The translations under genes were made by a program, and so were the position numbers. A DNA stretch of 64,000 nucleotides. Source: Pseudovirgaria hyperparasitica. Lineage: Eukaryota. Location: the NCBI GenBank assembly GCA_010093815.1, contig ML996573.1. One strand, written 5' to 3'. This document shows positions 54,019-64,000 of the stretch, one piece after another. The notes beneath the pieces are model-generated. The model did not search any database and was not told the DNA's origin. It saw only the letters and a list, made by a program, of their open reading frames with translations. How positions within the stretch are numbered: position 1 is the first letter of the stretch; every line of letters begins with the position of its first letter.

Positions 54019-56544
54019 TCACACTTCTTGAATGTAATTTGCAGGAACACTCTTGACCTGCCCGCCCTTCTCTATATCCGCCCATCCGTCACCTATGTCC
54101 CTAGTTATCAGTACGAATCGTTCGCCTTCGGCGATAGAATGCTCTGCATCACTCTGCGCCGAGTAATCATACATGGCTTCTGCATACTTTAGCTTCTTCG
54201 CGCCACGTTTAGGTGCAACCGCTGGGCCTTTCTTTTTTGTTCCAGGTGCATTGATACTTCCAGCGACAGAGATGGACGAGTTCGAGTAGGTCGAGCCAGG
54301 TCGTCCTGCTGATACAGGAGTCGAGGGTATCACTTCAGCGTATGCCGCAGGTACAAGGCCCTCCTTCGTTCCAAATCGTACTTTCATCCAACCAGATCCA
54401 TCTGTGATTATAGTCAGTGTTATACCAAGGCTTTAGTAGGTATTCTCACCATCCGGTTCTAATATAATTACCTCTTTCCCGTCCGGAACGAAAATCTCCT
54501 CGTCACCAGTACCCTGATAAGCATACAACATACGGGCTTTTGGATCGGATGACCTTGGGGGGTCCGACGCACCGTCTGCATCTTTGATATATTGTGAGGG
54601 TGGAGGCGCGAGTACCCGGCGTGGTGCTCCAACAGTCGGTGGAGCCCTAGGGGGAGCACTAGGCTCATGAGCGTCGTCCTCTGGTGGCAATATACCTCCT
54701 GTTGCAGCTCTCGGGGCATTCACCGAGTACCCTGAACTTAATGTGTTCATGGAATTAACTGTGTCAGACCTCCGGATCGTCGACGCCTGAGATTGTGGTT
54801 CGGAAGCACCATTGGCAACCGGAGTAGCGTGAGCCGCCTTCTGTCGTTCATCTTTAATTTTCTTTTTCTCTAATTTGTTGAGTTCACCAGGACAGTCCGC
54901 TGGCACTTTGAGTTCACATTTGCTGTGGCACGTGTACCCACAATCACTGCAATCAAATCCTTTAGCAGACAGACCCCATATTCTCTCGCCGCATAGATCG
55001 CAATTCGTAGGAATCTTGAATGTTTGAGACTTGAAGTTGTGGTTCTTTGCGCCAATACTGACATCACCGACGGCTGCCGTGATTGTTAAAACTTCCACTT
55101 CAGCTGTGCTCTTCTGACGTTCGACGTCATGCATTGCTTCCTGAAGTGCAAATATCGAGCGGACAACTTCAACCTCATCACGCTTGTCTTTGCCTTCTCG
55201 AATGAGCTGCCTGACCTTCTTCCCGGCCTCAACTTCTCGCCGTTTTGCATCAAGTTGCCTTCGGAACTCTCCCATCTGACCCTTGCTTTTCAGTAGGACA
55301 TTACGCAGGAATACAGTCGCAGGCTCATCTACTGCCATCAGTCCTTCGTCAAGCCAAACAGGGCTAGGCTCGAAATTCATGTCCGCTGGCTCCTCCCAGG
55401 GTGCGGCGTTGTGACGTACAAACATCATTGAATCCAGGAGGGGGTTGTTGCGTGGAATTTCAGCAGACAGGTGTTGTAGCGCTTGAGTACTTCGTGAGAG
55501 TGTGTCGGTCTCCAGTTGTGCTGCGGTTGACCACAATGAATTCAGTTTCGCTACTCGCGTTTCTGAAAGGTCTTGCAAGCTCTGCTCGTGCGTCAGGAAT
55601 GAGCGGAACATGACTATTCATCTTGCTTACATCAAGAAGTTCCGGTACGTATTCATGGTAATACTTTTGTTTCTGCTTGTTGGTTACGTTGATTTGAATC
55701 AAGTAGGTGTTCTATTTCTGGGTGAATATTATGGCTCGTATGTCGATCGTGGGAAAGGTACCTTGATGTTATTCATCTCGCCTTGTTGTTGATCGTAGGC
55801 GTGACGTGCTTTCTGCTTCCCATGGTCGAATGAGCTATCAATCTTCTTCCGTCGATTCTCGACTTCTTGGCACACGCTGTCATATTTGCCTTTGCTCTTC
55901 CTCAGATCGCTATACGAGCCGTCGCGTTCCTTTTCTAACTTCGCAGCGTATTCAGCATGATACTTTCTGAGCTCTTCATAGCGTATAGCAAGGATCTTAA
56001 GGGGCTCGGCTATGCTCCCGATCAGCTGTGTCGCGAATTGATCATGCTCTGATGCCCGTGTTTCCAGTGTTGTAAGTTGTGTAGCCCATGTCGTCATAGA
56101 GGCACTAGAACGAAGTCAATGCAGGTCTATCCACATGATGTTGCGATCCCACCTCTCTAGTGAACCAGGTGTTACTGTAGGCGTCTCGCCAACGCTGAGG
56201 GTGCTGGTCTTCCGTGCTTTCTTCTCGAAGTACTTCTTGGCCAAGGTACTCAGTTTTTGCGAATACTCCTTTTCTATGGCGCTGCGCTCGCGGTAAAACT
56301 GTTGGATGTCTTCTAACCATGCAATGCCGTTGGAGACCTATACACATCTTCCGTAAGCATCAATAGCTGGCAGTATGTGCAAAGTGAGTAGACCATCAGT
56401 ATAGGGCGAGCGTACCCAAGCATTTACAGGCTTGAAGCCATCCTGTCGTTCTTCAGTCAGTGTTCGAATTCACAGTCTCGCACACGCTGGCAAACACACC
56501 TTCAACTCGGCACCAAAGCTAGGTGCAATATCGAGCTCAGCCAT
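54019..56544 (-). CDS. BZZ1: Bzz1 (F-BAR, C1, two SH3)
   Basis: SFGAELKDGFK, FYRERSAIEKEYS, C1 domain HNFKSQTFKIPTNCDLCGERIWGL..C..C...CH..C, and two C-terminal SH3 domains; multiple introns. Confidence 0.93.
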
Positions 56545-57110
56545 AACGGTTCGGTCAAAGAAGGACAGGGCGCAACACTCAGAGGTGTGTATCTGACTTC
56601 GGCCGAGGCATGAGACAGGCCAGAAGCGTCATTTCACGGAGTGGATATAGGGCAGAATGAATAGTCACAAAGCATCGCAGGGTTTGATATGGCGCGCGTT
56701 GTCTCTCCACTATCACTACACGCAGCCGCAGTGCCACTCGTCTTGGGGTCGCCCCTGCGCTGCCCTCGTGCTTGCTAGCGGGCTGTGGCTGTGACTGTGG
56801 CACCCGCACCACAGCCCTAGCGCGGGGTAAGGAAGCGCCAAGAGAGGAGCCGCAGCTCCAAACAATAAATAATTGGATTTACACAACTTCATCGAGGGCG
56901 GTCAGGATCACTGTTCCCCAGTTCAACTTCTCCTCAACGAAACAATCGAACACCCACCACTTGCACACTATCGCCGCTACCGTCACCGTCGTCGTCTTAT
57001 CCAGTACGCAACTTGGCTCAATCGTGCTCGTTGTCCGTGGTCCGAAGGGCAACATCACGCAACTCTTTCGCGCAGACTTGGGAGATTGAATCCTCCCAAG
57101 AACTCACGAC

Positions 57111-58647
57111 ATGTCGGCCGAAATTCCCACAGAGTCTGCTCCAGTAGCCACCGCATCTGAAGCTCCCAAGAGCGATATCTCCGCTGCACAAACTGATGGC
57201 GCATTTGCCGCGCCGGGCGGCGATTACATTCAAGATCCGGAATGGGATGTCCAAGTGAAGCTAAAGGATCTTCAAGCCGATCCAAACAACCCTCTGTACT
57301 CTATCAAGAGTTTCAATGAGCTTCAACTGTGAGTCTTTCTGTCGTACTGCTCAAGGAACCTTGCCTAACAAGTTTCGTTCCAGAGCCGAGCCACTTGTGA
57401 AAGGCCTTGTCAAATTGAGCTTCCGAAAGCCATCCAAGATCCAAGAGCGCGCGCTCCCACTGCTTCTGAGGGACCCTCCTACCAATCTCATTGCACAATC
57501 TCAGTCTGGAACTGGTAAAACCGCCGCGTTCGTACTAAACATGCTTAGCCGGGTCAAGTTGGACACCATCACACCACAAGCGCTTGTACTTGCTCCAACG
57601 CGCGAGCTTGCTGTTCAGATTCGGCAAGTCATCCAGAGCATGGGAGAGTTTCTGCCAGGTCTCGTGGTCCAGAACATCATTCCAGACCCAAGCAAAAAGG
57701 GCATCAAGTACGAAGCTCACATCTTGGTGGGCACCCCAGGCTCAGTCGTAGAAACCATCAAGAGGAAATTGCTCGACACCAGACAGATCGGGATTCTCGT
57801 ATTAGATGAGGCAGATAACATGCTGGATATGCAAGGAATGGGCGATCAGTGCAAGCGAGTCAAGGTGTAAGTCTACCTACCAAGTGATGCCCACGAGTGT
57901 GAGATTAACTTACATAGTGCTCTCCCACACAAGCCTCTCCAAGTGGTGCTTTTCTCGGCTACCTTTCCCGAGGAGGTCATGAAATATGCCAACCAATTTG
58001 CTCCTAACGCCGACGAGATCACACTAAAGCCGAGTCAAACCGTCGTCAAAGGAATCAGACAGTTATATTTAGACTGCAACAACCTTCAAGAGAAGTTTGA
58101 TACCTTGCTGAAGTTCTACGGTCTGATGACCATCGCCTCATCGATTATCTACGTCAGAACTCGTGCAACTTCCGCCAGTCTCGCCCAGCGCATGATTTCC
58201 GAGGGGCACGCCGTTGTTCAGCTCAGTGGTGAACTCGAGGGTCACGAGCGTGATGCGGTCATGGAAAAGTTCCGAAGCGGTGAGGCAAAAGTCCTGATCA
58301 CCACAAATGTGCTCTCTCGGGGTATCGATGTACAATCAGTGACCATGGTCATCAACTACGACATTCCAGAAGACAAGGATGGAAGACCCGATCCAGAAAC
58401 ATACTACCACAGGATCGGACGAACAGGTAGATTCGGACGTGTAGGCGTTGCAATCAGCTTCGTGCACGACAAGGACAGCTGGGACAGACTATATGCTATT
58501 GCCAAACACTTCGATATGGAGCTTCACCTGCTAAATACCGATGATTGGGATAAGGTCGAGGATGAAGTATCAAACATGATCAAGCACAACAGAGCTGGCG
58601 CGTCTATAGAGACGATGCAGAAGGAAGGCACCGCAGGTGCATCATAG
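57111..58647 (+). CDS. DBP5: DEAD-box RNA helicase Dbp5
   Basis: [64 protein letters not shown]; two introns. Confidence 0.96.
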
Positions 58648-59435
58648 ATCCATGCCGAGACGAGGAGATCCATATGAGAAGACGATATGCAACAGACGAA
58701 CCCGTATACCATTCAATGATGGATATGTGTCAACTTGCAGATGGAAAAACACATTGCCAGCAGCAAAAGATGTTAATTCGTAGATACCAATTGCAGCATA
58801 GGAAAGGTGGAGGTTTTTGGCAATTCAAAACGGGGAAAGTATGGCATATAGCCTTCCAATAGCAAACTTCGTTACCTTCGCGCACGCGTCCTTTATACTG
58901 TCAGGGCTTTCCTCACCTCTACCTCTCAATCGTCCGAGTGATCAAAGCACGTGAGGGTTGGTCAGTCAGACTGCCCAACGAAGATTACTACTTGCCTGAC
59001 GGTGATCACGATAAGACTCCGTAGTGGAGTATACATAATAGTTGTCTTCGTGAGATGTCAGATCCACATTTTTGTTGCAAAGTCCTTCAGTTAACGGTAG
59101 GCTCGCACACTCAGCACGCACGGGTATGTCATTACTAACTATATAGAATGTATCTCCCTCATCTACTAATCTCATGATCGATTGTCGAACTGTCTTCTCA
59201 TGGATTTTGAATGGTCATTGGCCAGGCGCCGCCTTCGTGTGGGTATACGCCACTTTCCAAATGTCTTCGCCGGGATCCCATAGCCCTGACCCGGGCGTAT
59301 TATCGCACTGCATCACCATAAACGCCTCAATCTCCTCTACTATAGAGCCTGAGATCTGCCTCGCCCTCAAGGAAGCCCAGCTCGCATCGTCCCCCAAGTA
59401 GACTGCCAACCCAAATGAACCCACCATCACTCATC

Positions 59436-60737
59436 TCAAGTCTCAAAAGCCCTCGGCGCAATGACAACAACGACGACAAAACTCGCCACGATCAACGCCC
59501 CTGCAATAGCCGCTACAACCGCCACACTGCCCCTGGCTGCCGGGAACATGCCTCGAATGACATAGTGCTGCGACTCGAAGTAGCGGTGGAAGCCAATGAA
59601 CAGGATGATGATGCTGATGCCGATGAAGGTCGCGCCGAGAGGCTTGCCGACGCGGCGCAGCGGATCCGAGGGCGAGGGGTAGGGGTTTGGATTTGTGATG
59701 GAGGTGTTGAGGCGGAAGAGCTGGGTTATGGCGATGCCGATGGAGGCGAAGGAGAGGGAGGTGCGGAGCCAGGCTAGGAAGGTGCGCTCTGTGATAGATA
59801 GTCAATGTGGATGTCGTGGAGGCCGGAGGATGTTACGTCGCGGGGCGAAGAGTAGGTCATGCAAACCCGATGCCCCCATACGATGCTCGACACAGAGACA
59901 CAGAAAGGAGAGATATGGATGTGAGTACATACCAAGCGCCAAATGATCCCTCGCCACACTCCCCTTATTCTCCAACTCCACACTCCCATACTTCTCCACC
60001 ATACGCCTCCACCACCCCCCTCGTTCCTCTTCTCCGTCCGCATCCCCATTCGCGCCCGCGCCCCCATGCCTCTTCTTCCGTCTCCTCACGCCTCTCCTCG
60101 TTTCCAGCACCTGTTCCCCCGCATCACATCGTCCGCCAGGCTGGTCAGCCCCGGGAGTTCCATAATCTCTTCCAGGCTTCCTCGCATCGGGTCCAGCGTT
60201 CCGCTCAGCCTGTATAATGGCCGTATGCTCATCCGCTTCACTCTCACTCACGCCCCTCTCGATCCCGTTCACCGCCATCGGGACATATGGCAGCGCCTCG
60301 TGCTCGCTGACCTCGTCCTTGAACGCGACCGTACCGCTTCTAGCCCTGTCCCTGCTGCGCACACGGGTTCCCTCGCGCGTGCGTTTCTTTTTTAGCGAGC
60401 TCCTGCGAAGCGTGGGCGAGGTGGGCGCAGACGAGGACGTGTGCCGATCTGGGGCAGTAAGGGGAGAATTGGGGGTTGTAGCGAGCGTGAGAGAGGCTGT
60501 CTAATGTGTCAGACGATTAATTACCAGAGTCCGGCCTTGGAGAAGAAGAAGAGGAGAAACGTTACAGGCATTGGGAACTGGAGCTGCAGCTGTAGCTGCA
60601 GCTGTGGGGTCTGTGCTAGGTGACGGGTCGCGCGCGCGGACCTGCGACGGCGCAACTGTGGGGCGGAGGACGTAGATGAGGCTAGGATGCTCGTCTTTGG
60701 GTTGGGGGCATGTGTTCGAGGCTGTCTGATATGCCAT
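59436..60737 (-). CDS. DUF202 membrane protein
   Basis: [32 protein letters not shown] across an intron, [15 protein letters not shown]; three TM segments; two introns. Start codon tentative. Confidence 0.88.
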
Positions 60738-60991
60738 GGATAATTTGGCAGATTGTTTCTGAGGATACTGAGGAGCGGTCGTGACTCTGAGACCCTGCCC
60801 TTGGGATCTGGGGTACATTAAGGCGGTTCGGCTAAACAAGGTTGAGCGGATGCCGTATCATGTGGAGTCTACCTGCTTTCGGGCGCCGTAATGTTCCTCA
60901 GCATGGCGAATAGTTATAAGTAAAAAGCAATATGTACAAAATACTACATTTATACAGACAGACAGGACCAAGTGGGTATTTACGACCACTT

Positions 60992-63900
60992 TCATAATCC
61001 CCTCAGCAGCATATCTATCTGATCCACGACCGCAGCAGCGTCTTCATCCGAATATCGCTTCATCTGCTGCTCCGCTGGACGATTGCCTGCCATTCGTTCT
61101 CTTAAAAGCTCCGCCAGTCTCTCCCTACGTCGCTTCTCAGACGAATACACGCGGGCGTTCTCCTCTGTGGCCCAATCATCTCCGTGTAGCATACGTCGCC
61201 GTCTATGTCTCATACCAGGCTCAAACGTTTCGAAATTAGCCTGTCGAATGAGATCATCGTGCTCTGGTGACAGGCCAGCGCGCTTCGCCGAATCTGTGAG
61301 AGTTCTGCGAATCACCGACGGCTTGAACTTGGCTTTCTTAAGCAACCGTATACGACGAAGATCTTCCTTTTCTTGTTCCTTAGCTGCTTCCAATGCAGTA
61401 ATATTCTCTAGCTCATCGAAACTGGGATCGGTGATTCCGCTTTTGGCACCACCGCGGCGCACATATTGGTGCTGATTCATTAGAACTCTTCTCGGTCGAC
61501 TGAACGAAACTGTATGTCTATTCACTTTGGGCTTGGTGGTCGTAAGATACTTGCGAAACAGCTGGCGAATTCGTCTATTTCGCGAGAGCACGGGATGCCT
61601 CGGGAGTCGCCGTCGACGGAGGCTGTGAGTACGGTTCTTTCCTATCCTGTAATGGAGAAACAAGTTCTGAGGCTTATGGGCCGGAATTCTTCGGATCCTA
61701 AGACGATTTTTCCTCTTCAAATAACCAATGGGTTGTAGACGTACATGAAGGAAATCATCGGCTGCGTTCCAACGCGTATAGGGAACGTCGAGCTTTGAAT
61801 ATGTTACTGTGGGTTGCATTACTCTCTCTTCAGAGCTCTGGACATGGATTGCCTTTTCTGACAACGCAGAGAAGCGATCAGGATGAACTGTCACCTGTGT
61901 AAGTGCAACATCCTTACTTTCAGAATACTGTGGCACTTCGTCCACCGTGCTGGGGACCGTGCCAAAGTCCAATGACCATTTCGTTGTTGGCACAGCTTGC
62001 GATGACGGGGTACTGTCTCCTGTCAATGCCCTTCTGGCCACCTCCTGCTGTGATATAGGAGGCATAATGAAGAATTGCAGGTAGTCACCAGGCCTGAATG
62101 TTGCTGAGGCGTTTTCATCTTCGCCTGCAAGATCTTCGAATGAGAATTTACTCTGCTTCGAATCCTGACAATCTCTATCAGAGTCGAGCATTCCAAGGGG
62201 TTTTTCATCCATCGGCAGCCTCTGGATTTTGTAGGGATCGAGAGACAGTAGCCCAGCCTTGTTGCCCCAACCACCTCCTCCGCTCATGACTCGATGTAAT
62301 GATGCACCACGGTTGAGTGCGCGCATGATGTGGTCGTTCCAAGCAGTGTGTCGCCAGAAATCCACGAAGCTCTCTTCCTGGGTGAGTGCGATTTGTGTGA
62401 TCGCTCTTCGACTACGCCCATTCAGATATCGATTATAGGTAGAGACTACGCGTAAGGCAAAATCGGCTGGATATGGATAGAGCAATGCCCAGATTGAGAC
62501 TGAACAAGGATCTGTTCGCGTCACGTCGAAAAACTTGTGCACGCCTTGCTCTACGTGAAGCGAGGCCGGGATAACCGAATTGTGCTTGTTCTCAAGTCGA
62601 CTGATGATGTTACCCATTACATCCAAGATCTTGAGAGACCCGGTCAGAGGTAGTAAAGGACATGCCAGCGACGTTGACGAGTTCCGACCTCTTCCAGAAA
62701 TATCGAACGGCCAAAGAATTGAAGCACGTTTTAATTCATGCTTGATGGATACGACTTCGACTGGCGCCGAACTCTCTGGTTTCTTGATAGTGTATAAAGA
62801 CATTGTGTATTCGTAGCCATTCTGGAAAAGAGTATTGGCGAGGGGAACGTGGACTTGGATATTCTTGCGAGGGCTTCTTCTCCTTAAGGATTCATTCATA
62901 TGGAAAGACAACGTTGGCGTGGTTGCTAAGTCTTCAGGAACATCGGTATCGAAACGGTCCAGCTGTGATAGACTTGTGCTGGAGGAAATGTGTCGCGAAT
63001 CCATGACGGCATAAGATATACCATCGAGTCCGTCTTCTAAAATCGGAGGGGCGCGTGATGGTGGGCCCATTTCGTAGTCTCGTGGTTCCGCAAGACGATC
63101 CACTACAGCCACTAGAGTCTTAACAACATCGGTACTGTTCAACATCGAGTGGTTTCGAAACAATCGTTCCCGAAGTATCTGCAATTCCTCCACAAGACCT
63201 TGATTCAGGGCTTGTGCATAACACGGCGTCAATAAGAGTAGGATTGTGGGCGAGCCCACGAAGGAGTTCGATGGTATAGCTGGAACTTGTCTGAGTAGAT
63301 CTTTTAGCGTCTGCGATATATGATCAGCTTTATGTGGGGCAGTACGCAGCAGATCAACTTACTGTGGCCGTTGCGTTCTGAGTTGTCACCATGCCGTAAG
63401 TCCCACAATGCTCCACGGGGTGAGACAAGCTCACAGAATCATCGACTTTGACGTATCGTGTTTCGCCGGATGCTGGGTACTTGTGAATTCCGGAAAATGG
63501 CAACGTCGACTTCTGCACGAGCGGAACTTCAAGAGGTATCCTTCTGATAGAAATACCCTTTTCCTTCTTCTTCTTAATGTGACGTCCATGTCCGCCATTC
63601 GGTTCAGTAGACTTTGTCGAAGAAGGGATCGTGGGCGGCATTGCGCTCTGCAGTGCCGGGATCGCAGAAGCAATTCTTCTGATGGGAACCGTCACCTTCT
63701 TCTTGACGCGACGTATCACGGGTCTATATCTACCATTCGGTTCAGTAGACTTTGTCGAGAAAGGGACCGTGGGCGGCATTGCGCTCTGCAGGGCCGGGTT
63801 CGCAGGAGCAATTCTTCTAATGAGAACCCTCTTCTGCCTCTTGACGTGACGTATCACGGGTCCACACCCGGAAGTCGGCTCATTGATGTTCGTCTTCGGC

Positions 63901-64000
63901 GGAGAACGGGCGATGAAGCGTATAGGTAGCTGCGAGCCATTGTGGACGGCGTCAAGGAGTGTGGTAGAAACATGGATATATCTCCGGGTGAAAAGCGCAG
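60992..64000 (-). CDS. Large conserved fungal hypothetical protein, 5'-partial
   Basis: Intron ~63362-63312 (GTAAGT...GCTGAT...CAG) joins the 755-aa ORF to the upstream frame, which stays open to the window edge; motifs VAVVDRL, VPLANTLFQNG, GNIISRL, LHRVMSGGGGWGNKAGLLSLDP. Confidence 0.8.
63540..63862 (-). repeat. Coding tandem duplication, 138-nt (46-aa) unit, ~2.3 copies
   Basis: GTATCACGGGTC at 63713 and 63851; peptide PVIR.VK....IRRIA.A.PALQSAMPPT.P.STKSTEPNG repeated. Confidence 0.9.

Noticed and set aside
59215..59430. 71-aa ORF directly downstream of the DUF202 stop as a readthrough extension
   Set aside because: DUF202 ends naturally at ...RAFET*; no recognisable homology or targeting signal in the downstream peptide.

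Overview
Eukaryotic DNA from a filamentous ascomycete (Pezizomycotina, probably Dothideomycetes; inferred from short GT-AG introns with CTRAC branch points and from gene content). About 27 protein genes and one 197-N gap; no rRNA, tRNA, CRISPR array or recognisable transposon. Three zones: (i) 1-11.5 kb is microsatellite-rich, with a DUF3433 membrane protein, a DCAF11/WDR23-like WD40 protein and an atypical arginase-family gene; (ii) 12-42.5 kb is an accessory, CAZyme-rich zone with GH92, an APH-kinase relic, a secreted degenerate zincin, GH15-CBM20 glucoamylase, a HET-domain gene, DOMON-cytochrome b561, a 2OG-Fe(II) oxygenase, several orphans, and a contiguous CE16-CE5-GH11 xylan cluster whose promoters carry XlnR-like and CreA-like motifs; (iii) 43-64 kb is a compact housekeeping block (mitochondrial carrier, GT8, ARF6, PMI40, SGF29, MNN9, BZZ1, DBP5, DUF202, and a large conserved protein running off the right edge). 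Best candidates for novelty: the co-regulated xylan deacetylation/depolymerisation cluster, the ureohydrolase with a rewired metal site, and the secreted pseudo-metalloprotease. Gene models were built by eye and family calls rest on remembered motifs, not searches.
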